From the IMG/VR virus record IMGVR_UViG_3300032770_000003, positions 64,001 to 128,000 of that record: DNA of 64,000 nt; one strand, given 5' to 3'. Below are positions 39,290 through 47,278 of the stretch, piece after piece (position 1 is the first letter of the stretch; every line of letters begins with the position of its first letter). Position numbers and translations under genes: made by a program. The notes under the pieces were generated by a model. That model did no database searches, was not told the DNA's origin, and was given only the letters and a program-made list of their open reading frames with translations. Origin of the DNA: a virus.

Positions 39290-39919
39290 TCAGCTCACCT
39301 GGACTGAGATGAACTGTTCCAGTGTCTGGAAGCTTGGCACGTTGTGCATGACATCGTCCAGAAGCTTGGCTCGACGATACAGCTCCTTGATACCCGCCCA
39401 CTCTACCGTGAGATGACACTTGTCGCACAGCGTGATCAGGTTGCTCAGCGCATGAGCCTCTTCGGGGGTATCGAAGCAACGTTCAGGAATCAGGTGGTGA
39501 ACGTGTGCCTGCTTGCCAATAACCGGCTCTTTGCACTTACGGCAGTGGTGACCATCTCGCTCACGAGCTTTAGCCTTCTGTGCTTTCCCAAGTGAGTACC
39601 AACCACCATCGAACTCATGATTCGCATCAGCGGCCTGCTCATTGCGACCAGTCTTAGACATCCGATCAGACATCGAACACGTGCGCGAACAGTACCTGTT
39701 CCACGACTGAGTCACTGGATTTCCACAGCCTGGTTTGGCACACAGCGGCCGGACTACGTGGTGACGAGATGCTTTGATCTTGACCAGCATCGCCTCATCA
39801 CAGAGCACAGCACCCGGGTAAGCAGCCAGATACGTCTCCGGCAGCATCGCGTGCTCTTTGTGAAGGTGCGAATTGGTGATCATCCGAAACTCTCGACCGC
39901 AAGCTTTGCACTGAACCAT
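39290..39919 (-). mobile_element. Free-standing HNH homing endonuclease with zinc-finger N-terminus
   Basis: VQCKACG..F..I...HL..H, YCSRTC, RERDG..C..C and HVHH....NLITLC..CH; ATG 39919 with GGGAGG RBS. Confidence 0.85.
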
Positions 39920-39922
39920 ATC

Positions 39923-39967
39923 GACCTCCCAGGGCTGCGACTCTGGGGCGCAAACGCCTGGGAGGTC
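39923..39967 (-). promoter_or_regulatory. RBS-sequestering hairpin of the HNH gene
   Basis: 11-bp inverted repeat GACCTCCCAGG / CCTGGGAGGTC covering the GGGAGG Shine-Dalgarno. Confidence 0.65.
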
Positions 39968-40007
39968 AACTGGATTCATCACCTACTTGATTCGGTGGAT
40001 GACCTTG

Positions 40008-41468
40008 TTACGTTGCCCGGTTCAAACGACCAACGTTGATGTACCGGAGCCACTTTTTCGTAGCAAACAGGATCGGGGTCCCGTACAGCAGCACCATCCA
40101 GCGGAACGCCGGAGCCAGCACCGCGAGGTCCATCCGCAGCATCGGGAGCAGCTGGCGGAAGGTCAGCACGGATGGGGTCATCTCACCCATGTACGCGATC
40201 TCGGTGAAGGGCAAGAGGAAGTTCACGTCGTTCACCGCCGTGGTTCCGCTCGCCGCCTGCGAAGCCGCAGGCACCTGCAGGATGAGAGAGTACTGAGTCA
40301 GATCCGTGGGCGTGGCGGTGCCCGAGGCTTGAGCAGCCGTCCGGTAGATCCGGAAGTACTCAGGAGGGAACGCACCGATCGCACCAGGGTTGGTGATGAC
40401 GAGGTGGATGTGATCACCAGGATCCTTCTGACCCTGGGTGATGTCCTGACCGTTGGCAGCTCCCATGATCAGCGGCGCCGACTCGCCGAAGCGGTTGGCC
40501 GCCGTCACCACGTAGGCGTAGTTGTTCGTCCCGGCAGCGGCGCCCTTGTTGAAGTCGCCGTCCGTGGCACCAGCCACCGACGCCGCGATCGAGGCCGGCG
40601 TCGCCGGAGCGTTCGGGCTCGTCGCTGCTGAGGGAGGAACCGGCAGCTGCTTGAGGAAGACGTCCGGGTTCAGCTCCATGACGCCCGCCTGGGTCATGAT
40701 GGAGTTGACCGACAGACCGACCATGCCGTTCTGCGGAGCCGGCAGCTGGATGCGCTCCTTCGGATAGAACGTCTTCACCAGGTCGGAGGCGACACGCGTT
40801 CCCAGCCACAGGTCGGTCGGGTAGGCGAAGTTCTCCACCAGCTGGTTGGCGCCTTCCTCGACGTCAGCCTCCTGCATGGGCTGCCCTTCGAGGTCGATGA
40901 ACGTGGTCGGATCGATCAGGGCATCGAGTCCGTCCCACGATTCGCTTTCGCCGTCGAAAGCCAGAGACGAGTCACCCTTGAACAGCGACGTCTCGATCCG
41001 CTCCAGGAGCCAGAGAATACCGTTCTGGTTCTCCAGAGCGATGACGTCACCGTGTGCCGGGTGAACTACCGTCATCTGGTGGGTGACCTCACGGGTTGTT
41101 CCGATGAACTTGACCAGCGAGGTACGGCGGGCGTAGCTCGTGTCCTGTGTGGGAGGCAGCTCGCCTTCCTGCACGAACGCGAAGGCGTCCGAACCGTAGT
41201 CGATGAGTTGGTTGTACTCTTCGACGGTGCTGTACGCGGGGGACTTGGGGATCTTCTTCCACAGCTTGATGTGATGAGCCGTGTAGGTGAGAACCTTGAG
41301 AGATCCTTCCAGCGACTCGACACGCAGAGCGGAACCACCAGTCTGATTCGTGATCTGGTAGCCGGCTTCGAGCGCCTTCGCCAGATCCTGCACAGACTGG
41401 CCTTGGTCGATCCCGAAGCCGTTGTAATTCCCCGCCGAGTACGGAGAGTAGTTAGACAAACCGATCAT
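40008..41468 (-). CDS. Major capsid protein (SPO1/Twort-like)
   Basis: 486 aa; KAL.AGY, GG.ALRVESLE, STV.EY, E...F.GD and LLYG.P motifs; AGGAG RBS. Confidence 0.92.
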   Translation of the reverse strand: MIGLSNYSPYSAGNYNGFGIDQGQSVQDLAKALEAGYQITNQTGGSALRVESLEGSLKVLTYTAHHIKLWKKIPKSPAYSTVEEYNQLIDYGSDAFAFVQEGELPPTQDTSYARRTSLVKFIGTTREVTHQMTVVHPAHGDVIALENQNGILWLLERIETSLFKGDSSLAFDGESESWDGLDALIDPTTFIDLEGQPMQEADVEEGANQLVENFAYPTDLWLGTRVASDLVKTFYPKERIQLPAPQNGMVGLSVNSIMTQAGVMELNPDVFLKQLPVPPSAATSPNAPATPASIAASVAGATDGDFNKGAAAGTNNYAYVVTAANRFGESAPLIMGAANGQDITQGQKDPGDHIHLVITNPGAIGAFPPEYFRIYRTAAQASGTATPTDLTQYSLILQVPAASQAASGTTAVNDVNFLLPFTEIAYMGEMTPSVLTFRQLLPMLRMDLAVLAPAFRWMVLLYGTPILFATKKWLRYINVGRLNRAT

Positions 41469-41498
41469 GGTTTTTCTCCTTGCCTTCCAGCTTCGGGG

Positions 41499-42638
41499 TT
41501 ATCGACCGCCACCCATGGAGGCGACGACCAGTGAACGCACCTGAGGAGACATCTCCCCCGTTGCGTCGAACTTGATGACGTCGAGTTGGTTCATCTGGCC
41601 CTTCTTGACCAGCTCGAACATCACATCAGTGATTTGCGCCTTGTTGATCTGGTCCGATCCGGTATCCAGACCACCAGGTCCGAACGACTTCTGGACGGGC
41701 TGAACACCCGCCGGAGCTGCGCCCTGACCACCGCCCGGCACCGAGCGAAGATGCGACTTGGGGCCACCCACCGGTGCGCCGGCAGCCGCCGCGTTCACCT
41801 CAGCACCGCCGACAAGCTGCTGGCCGATTCCGACCATTGCCTCAGCGAAGCCCTTGTTGAACGTGGTCTGCTCGCTCATGAAACCGCCCATGCCCTTCTC
41901 CAGGGCATCGATGCGGGTGGCGAGCTTGCCAACGGTGTCGTTCAGCGCCTTGTTGATGCGCGCAGCGGTGCGCGCCTCGACGCCTTCCAGAGCCTCGCCC
42001 ATGGCGCGGGCGAACTCGTAGAGCACCGGGGACATCTCGATGCCCTTCTTCAGGTTCTGGCTGTTGGCGATCGCGCCACCCAGCGACTTCTTGGTTGAGC
42101 CCGGGTTCGCATCGGGTTCGATCTCATCGTCGGTGTCGGCGCCTGCGCTCGTCTTGGGCGCCTTGCCGGCTCCCTCTTCGGTTCCAGAAGGGGGCGCCTT
42201 CTCGGGAGACGTCGACGCCTTGGCGGTACCCGACTTCTTGGTATCGTCGTCATCGTCGTCGTCATCGTCGTCGCCGTTCTTGCCGAACGGGAACCCCTTC
42301 TTCACAGCCCAAGACTCCGCCTGGGTCAGCTTCTGACCCTTGGCGATCTTGGTGCCGATGGCCTTGCGAGCGTCGGAGCGTGCTCCTCTCACAATGGCAA
42401 CCTCGGCTGGAGTCAGCGCCTTCGACTTCGCCACCTTGTTCGCCAGCGCCTTCTTGACGCCGTCGTAGTCAGTGCCGTTGTCGTCGATGCCGTCCGAGTG
42501 CTCGTCTTGGTCTGTCTGGCCTGTGCCAGCCCACGTGCCCGGATTCGAGTCGGACGGCGTGTGAAAGAGCTGGCTCTTCGCCAATCCTTCCAGCCTCGAC
42601 AGGGCAGCGTGGAACTCGTCGCGATTGATGGTGGACAT
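41499..42638 (-). CDS. Capsid scaffold/assembly protein
   Basis: Between protease and MCP; acidic, low-complexity, many KS/KA/KG sites; AGGAGG RBS. Confidence 0.7.
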   Translation of the reverse strand: MSTINRDEFHAALSRLEGLAKSQLFHTPSDSNPGTWAGTGQTDQDEHSDGIDDNGTDYDGVKKALANKVAKSKALTPAEVAIVRGARSDARKAIGTKIAKGQKLTQAESWAVKKGFPFGKNGDDDDDDDDDDTKKSGTAKASTSPEKAPPSGTEEGAGKAPKTSAGADTDDEIEPDANPGSTKKSLGGAIANSQNLKKGIEMSPVLYEFARAMGEALEGVEARTAARINKALNDTVGKLATRIDALEKGMGGFMSEQTTFNKGFAEAMVGIGQQLVGGAEVNAAAAGAPVGGPKSHLRSVPGGGQGAAPAGVQPVQKSFGPGGLDTGSDQINKAQITDVMFELVKKGQMNQLDVIKFDATGEMSPQVRSLVVASMGGGR

Positions 42639-42646
42639 GTCTCCTC

Positions 42647-44338
42647 CTAGTGAGTTCCAGCGATTGCTGTGAAGATGGCGTCAGCCAGGGCCTGCGCCAC
42701 GGGATAGCTGTAGCCCCGCCGGGCCTGCAGATAGCCGAGAGCCTCTTGATACGAGATCTTCTCTGCCTTCTTGATGTGGTGACCGGGGAACGTCTGAATC
42801 TTGGCGCTGCCTTCGAGCGACTGAGGTCGGAGCACGCCACCCATGCCACCGGCGGTGAGTGCCTTCTCCTCTTCCTCGGTCTTCGTGGGCGCTGCCATGG
42901 ACTTCAGCGCGGGGCCACAGGTACAGCACCCACCCTTGCAGACGTCGTCCCAGGGATGCAGGCACCACTTCTGCTTGCCCAGTGACTTGACGATCTCGGC
43001 CCAGGTGTTGGTGTTTACAGGAGAGTTGTGTGCTACAATCCCATTCGCCTCATACCACCCCAACGACGTATCGAGATTGTAAACATGGCCAGACCAATCG
43101 AACCGTCGCGAGCTAGCGAGATCGCTGAAGCCTATCGCTTGGGAGAGCGTCCGGCCGCTATCGCCGAACGTTACGGAATCACTCGTGAGGGAGTCTGGCT
43201 CATCGCCAAAAGACTCGGCGTACGGCGAGATCGCTCTGAAGGGCAAAAGCTCCGCTGGCAAAACGCCATTCCCGCTGAGCGCAAGAAGTGGGAAACCGAA
43301 GGGGCCAAGCATCTGCGAAAGCAGCCCATTCCCGAAGAAGCTCGGCACAAGATCGCGCAGTTTCGGGAGGAACACCTTACGCTTGTCGGCCGCGGCGAGC
43401 GCGTCCTTGCCGAACTTCTCAAAGAACGCGGAATCCAATCGGTACTGCAGAAGGCCGTCGGTCGATACAATATCGACGTTGCCGCCGCATCCGTCGCCGT
43501 GGAAATCTTTTTCACCAACCGTACAAACCCTGTGAAGGGAACGCGTCCGGGAGGAAATGCGCGCAAGTTCAAATACCTGCTCGAAAGTGGGTGGCACATT
43601 CTGTGCATCATGGGTTCCAATCGTCGACGCAATCGACGACCCGGCAGTTTTCGTCCAGCCGACCAGATCACGGTTGAAACGGCCGATGCGGTAGCGGCCT
43701 TTATCAAGCTGACCAAGCGGTACCCAACCATGATCCGTGAATATCGGGTGATTCGGTGTTCCGGTGAGCTTCTCACCAGTAGCCAGTACGATCTCAACCA
43801 TCTGGCCGGTGTACCAACGTCGGCTGACCTTTTTTGACGCACCACAGACGCGAACGTCGCCAGGGAAACAGGCAGTAATCGCCACATCCTGCAGCCAGCA
43901 CTTGGCGATGGTATTCCCCTCTCGCCGAAGCACCTTGCCCTGGATCGAGAAACCAACCTTCCGATTGGACTCGTTGGCTGCGAGCGCGGTGATGTGGTCC
44001 CACCAGTACTCAGCGCGCTCCTTGCCCTTATACAAAAACCCCTTCAACCAGAGCCCAGCCGGGGTGATCCGGCATTCCGCGGGTTCGCCGACCTTGTGCT
44101 CAGGGCCCTCTTTGTGGTCGTCGTTGATGTAGCCGTACTTGAGGAAGTAGCCGTAGTCGATCCCGTTCTGACGGACCACTTCACCCTGAAGGTCACGGTC
44201 ATCTGTGGACGCGACCCCTTGGATCCAGCGCTTGCCGTCCTTACTCTCAGCCTTGGAGATCTTCTCCACCGGCATGAAGAAGTGGAAGGTAGAACCGGTG
44301 CCCAGCAAACGGTCTTCTATACCGTCCACTAAGCGCAT
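42647..44338 (-). CDS. Prohead protease containing an intein
   Basis: I.G.AST...D.QGE, G..NDDH, GFSIQG and VAITA|SPVN motifs; ATG 44338 with GGAGG RBS. Confidence 0.9.
   Translation of the reverse strand: MRLVDGIEDRLLGTGSTFHFFMPVEKISKAESKDGKRWIQGVASTDDRDLQGEVVRQNGIDYGYFLKYGYINDDHKEGPEHKVGEPAECRITPAGLWLKGFLYKGKERAEYWWDHITALAANESNRKVGFSIQGKVLRREGNTIAKCWLQDVAITACFPGDVRVCGASKKVSRRWYTGQMVEIVLATGEKLTGTPNHPIFTDHGWVPLGQLDKGRYRIGRFNRDLVGWTKTAGSSIASTIGTHDAQNVPPTFEQVFELARISSRTRSLHRVCTVGEKDFHGDGCGGNVDIVSTDGLLQYRLDSAFFEKFGKDALAAADKRKVFLPKLRDLVPSFFGNGLLSQMLGPFGFPLLALSGNGVLPAELLPFRAISPYAESFGDEPDSLTSDSVTFGDSGRTLSQAIGFSDLASSRRFDWSGHVYNLDTSLGWYEANGIVAHNSPVNTNTWAEIVKSLGKQKWCLHPWDDVCKGGCCTCGPALKSMAAPTKTEEEEKALTAGGMGGVLRPQSLEGSAKIQTFPGHHIKKAEKISYQEALGYLQARRGYSYPVAQALADAIFTAIAGTH
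43029..43039 (+). promoter_or_regulatory. Candidate extended -10 promoter for the antisense nuclease
   Basis: TGTG-c-TACAAT about 45 nt upstream of ATG 43085. Confidence 0.5.
43085..43837 (+). CDS. HTH + DUF559/Vsr-like PD-(D/E)xK endonuclease, antisense within the intein
   Basis: 250 aa; N-terminal HTH (EAYRLGERPAAIAERYGITREGVWLI), then E..L...L..RGI...Q..VG.Y.ID......VEI...L...GW.IL pattern. Confidence 0.8.
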   Translation: MARPIEPSRASEIAEAYRLGERPAAIAERYGITREGVWLIAKRLGVRRDRSEGQKLRWQNAIPAERKKWETEGAKHLRKQPIPEEARHKIAQFREEHLTLVGRGERVLAELLKERGIQSVLQKAVGRYNIDVAAASVAVEIFFTNRTNPVKGTRPGGNARKFKYLLESGWHILCIMGSNRRRNRRPGSFRPADQITVETADAVAAFIKLTKRYPTMIREYRVIRCSGELLTSSQYDLNHLAGVPTSADLF

Positions 44339-44856
44339 GTCACGTGCCTCCATCTCTTCCCCTGAGTGATCAGAGCAATGGCGGAACGTGTGACATTCAG
44401 CCTAGTGGCGATCCAACTCTGGGATCGCCCCAACCTTCGCCAGTTCAATACTTGCTGAATATCCGCTTCAGAAAGCTTAGCGCTACCACGCGGATGAGCG
44501 GCGCCCTTTGGGGCATTGGTACGTCCCCACGCTACGCAATCAGCGCGATTCTGGCGGTGAGTACCCTCGCTCAGATGATCTGGATTCACACAGTGGCGGA
44601 CATCGCAAGCGTGTAACGTTTCCATCCCCGGTAAGAGCTGGCGGCCTAGCTTCTGTTCCAAAACCAGCCTGGCAGCGATACGCGGACGACCGTTGAACCA
44701 AAACCACGCACAACCTTTGTTGTTCCTTGCACCTGTCCAGAGATGGCAAGGCCCCAGCCCTGGACGAGCCTCAGGCCCATTCAGGTCAATGAACTTCCGG
44801 AACCGGAAGGTCTCGCCTTCACCAAGCAGCTGATCGTTGATCTCTGTGAGTCGCAT
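44329..44856 (-). mobile_element. Free-standing HNH homing endonuclease with C-terminal HTH
   Basis: C.LWTGA, H.CD...CVNPDHL..GT...N..D and KL.E.D....GRSQ..IA....V motifs. Confidence 0.88.
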
Positions 44857-44948
44857 CAGAGGGAGGGGGCTCGCGGCCTCATCCTCCCTTTGATGGAGCG
44901 ATGCTGCTGAGTGATTAACGTAGGCGGATCTTGGTCAGCGAGTCAACA

Positions 44949-44975
44949 TGAATCCTCTCAGTCCGAGAGGATTCA
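44949..44975. promoter_or_regulatory. Palindrome TGAATCCTCTC-N5-GAGAGGATTCA next to a TTGACT -35-like box
   Basis: 11-bp arms; on the minus strand followed by TTGACT-18-TACGTT, upstream of the protease/capsid operon. Confidence 0.5.
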
Positions 44976-44978
44976 GAC

Positions 44979-45167
44979 TCACTTGTCCAAGTACAGCTGG
45001 GGACCCGGATCGGGCGGCGCGGGGAGCTTCACCTCTTCGCCGCAGCTTTTACAGACTGCGTAATACCCGTCAGCGCGCAGCAAAACCACCTTCGCGCGCA
45101 CCTTCCCCCAGCCCGCGGTGCCTTTGACGATCACCTCGGAACACTGACACGTGAGGAGAGCGTCTAC
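44979..45167 (-). CDS. Zinc-ribbon-like small protein (no canonical start before first CxC)
   Basis: Read by hand: (V)DALLTCQCSEVIVKG...YAVCKSCGEEVKLP...DK*. Confidence 0.45.
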   Translation of the reverse strand, partial: VDALLTCQCSEVIVKGTAGWGKVRAKVVLLRADGYYAVCKSCGEEVKLPAPPDPGPQLYLDK

Positions 45168-45598
45168 TCCTGCCGCGTCAGCGTCTTGTAGGTTGAGTCT
45201 GACAGCCAGGGCGGTCTTCCTTGTTCAGTGAGCGCTTTGGTGAGTGCTGGACGCATTGCATCGTATTCGGCGTCAGGTAGCACGACGGCGCCGACGTAGC
45301 CCTTCATGTCGCGGACGTAGGGGCAGGTTTTCGGGAAGGCGCCCTTGCTGATGGCCTCAGCAAGCGGCATGCACCAGCCCTTCGCCACCTCGTGCCGGCG
45401 CTCGTAGACCGAGCAGCAGCTCTTCCCGTTGCTCTTGTCCACCGCCAGGTGCTTGCAGCGCAGATCGGGGATCAGCACCGTTGTGGTCCCGCTCTTGGCG
45501 ACGGGGACTGTCGCGTGACAGCACGCACCACAGTCGACACACATCGACTCCAGCTCAGACTTCGACAGCCCCTCCAGATGGATCGGCAACCGCGTCAC
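45164..45598 (-). CDS. YkgJ/CxxCxxCC-family cysteine cluster protein
   Basis: CVDCGACC...RC..L......C.VY..R motif. Confidence 0.75.
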   Translation of the reverse strand: MTRLPIHLEGLSKSELESMCVDCGACCHATVPVAKSGTTTVLIPDLRCKHLAVDKSNGKSCCSVYERRHEVAKGWCMPLAEAISKGAFPKTCPYVRDMKGYVGAVVLPDAEYDAMRPALTKALTEQGRPPWLSDSTYKTLTRQE

Positions 45599-45846
45599 TT
45601 CTTCTGTTCCTCGCCGTCTTTGCTCGACGGCACCAACTGACCGTCCGCCGAATAGATGTAATAGGGCCCGTCGCCCTCTTGCGCGGCCACGAGCTGCTTG
45701 GCCTCTTCGGGGGTGGCGACAGAGCCCACGAGGAAAAGCCCCTGGTCTTCAGGATCGCCAAAGTCGTCAACGCCGACGACGTTGTAACCGACCTGCGGGC
45801 GAAGCGCCTGCTTCTCCGCCAGGGCCTGCATGATGTCAATTGCCAT
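45595..45846 (-). CDS. Hypothetical protein
   Basis: 83 aa, coupled to the next gene. Confidence 0.6.
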   Translation of the reverse strand: MAIDIMQALAEKQALRPQVGYNVVGVDDFGDPEDQGLFLVGSVATPEEAKQLVAAQEGDGPYYIYSADGQLVPSSKDGEEQKK

Positions 45847-45858
45847 TAACGCACTTAC

Positions 45859-46356
45859 TTACCCATTGGGATGCAGCGGATGAAGCTCGCTCTCCAATTC
45901 GGCCCAGAGAGCCTCATGCTCCCCCGGCGTGTAGAGAATCGCACGGAAGAGCAGGTGATCACTCTGATACTTTTTGTAGTAGGTGGAACCTCGCCAGGAA
46001 CGACGGACGTTGGCGAGACGATCAAGCAGCTTCAGAAACACCGCGTCGGTTCCAGCTGCGCGAATCTTTCGCCAGCTCGCCGCCAGCCGTTCGTCACGCG
46101 GGGGCCCCTTGGGCAGCTTGGTCACCGCCTCCACCAGGCTCGTGACCTCGGAACCGAAGCTCTTGCGCACTTCCTCCGCGGTGGTGGGCGTGTCTTCCAG
46201 GACGTCGTGCAGGTAGGCAGCAGTCTGCACCGTCGGAGAGGCGCCGTAGAGAAGCGACAGGGCGTAGACCTCATCCAGGTGAGACAGATAGGAGACATGC
46301 CCGTACATCTGCTTGCCATGGGCGGCAGCAGCAAATTCACGGGCTTTCGTCATCAT
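45859..46356 (-). CDS. Small alarmone hydrolase (SpoT/Mesh1-like HD domain)
   Basis: A..AH..Q, Y..H, LHDVLEDT, V..VTK and K..DR..N motifs. Confidence 0.88.
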   Translation of the reverse strand: MMTKAREFAAAAHGKQMYGHVSYLSHLDEVYALSLLYGASPTVQTAAYLHDVLEDTPTTAEEVRKSFGSEVTSLVEAVTKLPKGPPRDERLAASWRKIRAAGTDAVFLKLLDRLANVRRSWRGSTYYKKYQSDHLLFRAILYTPGEHEALWAELESELHPLHPNG

Positions 46357-46402
46357 CCTATCCACGGTGAAAGGTCGATCTGCGCAAAAGTCCAAAAGGT
46401 AG

Positions 46403-47278
46403 TCAAAGGCAGTGAAACAGCTGCTGGACGATCGGGGGGCAGATGGGCTTGGCGGCCTGTAGGCCACTGTCCGCGGCGACCGTATAGTCCAACGCTTGCT
46501 GGGCGTACTGATTGATCGGTTCAGCCTGGCGCGACAATGCCTCCTCCTGCTCAGGAGTACGGGGCTTGTAGATATCGTGAATGAAGTTCTGCATTTGACT
46601 CTGTGCTGTAGTCTGGACCTGAACTTCCTTATCTAATCCATCGCTGTCACGAATCGTAAGATGGTAGGCGCGGTATAGGCCCTTTGGGTTAGAGACGTAG
46701 TCGTCTTCCCCGACAACTTGAAAGTTCTGCTTGATGCGGTCAACCAAAGCCATCTGTTCCGCTGCATTATTCACCACACAGCGCATGCCTGTGCAGTCTT
46801 GAAGGCGTGACGCATCACTATACTCTTTCGGTTTCCTGACGAGTTTGCCCAACGCACTAGAGATGTCTTTGACTCGTCCGCTAACACGCGCTCCCTCTCG
46901 GGCGGGCACTAGGGCGTGTAGCTTGTTTACCGCTGCCGATAATGATGCTTTGTGTTGAGCTAATAGCTGTTGAGCAAGTTGAACATGCTCTTGAGTACTC
47001 ATCGTAGGAGGCAACCGACCGTCAAACTGTTGTGTTAACCGTGCGGTTTCCTTTTCTGGTGGTTCCGTCTCCTTACCTTGACTCCGGCTGCCCTCTGTTG
47101 TTGCAGCTGCTCCTGGCTTTCGGTAGTACGTCTCAGTGAATGATGTTCCGTCGCGGGTTACCTGCTCCTGAACAGCTTCCAACCCTTCGTGACCTGCCTT
47201 GAGCAGATCGAAGAGGGACTCGACACCTGTGTGTCGTCCCCCCTTGATCAGGTCAAACAAGCTCTCTACGCCAGGCAT
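46403..47278 (-). CDS. Small alarmone synthetase (RelA/SpoT synthetase domain) with N-terminal head-protein tag
   Basis: GRVK...SA..K, QD..G.R.V, DY...PK..YRAYH and EVQ..T motifs. Confidence 0.88.
   Translation of the reverse strand: MPGVESLFDLIKGGRHTGVESLFDLLKAGHEGLEAVQEQVTRDGTSFTETYYRKPGAAATTEGSRSQGKETEPPEKETARLTQQFDGRLPPTMSTQEHVQLAQQLLAQHKASLSAAVNKLHALVPAREGARVSGRVKDISSALGKLVRKPKEYSDASRLQDCTGMRCVVNNAAEQMALVDRIKQNFQVVGEDDYVSNPKGLYRAYHLTIRDSDGLDKEVQVQTTAQSQMQNFIHDIYKPRTPEQEEALSRQAEPINQYAQQALDYTVAADSGLQAAKPICPPIVQQLFHCL

Larger units (their letters stand above)
43025..43870 (-). mobile_element. Intein (282 aa) in prohead protease, no in-frame endonuclease motif
   Basis: Block A CFPGD, block B TPNHP, block F GHVYNL, block G VAHN followed by Ser. 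Confidence 0.9.

Noticed and set aside
43171-43956. 261-aa third ORF (minus strand, other frame) within the protease intein
   Set aside because: Arg/Ser-rich with no motif; likely a consequence of the dual-coding constraint.
45871-46515. 214-aa + strand ORF over the alarmone hydrolase
   Set aside because: Antisense shadow; the minus strand carries the conserved HD motifs.
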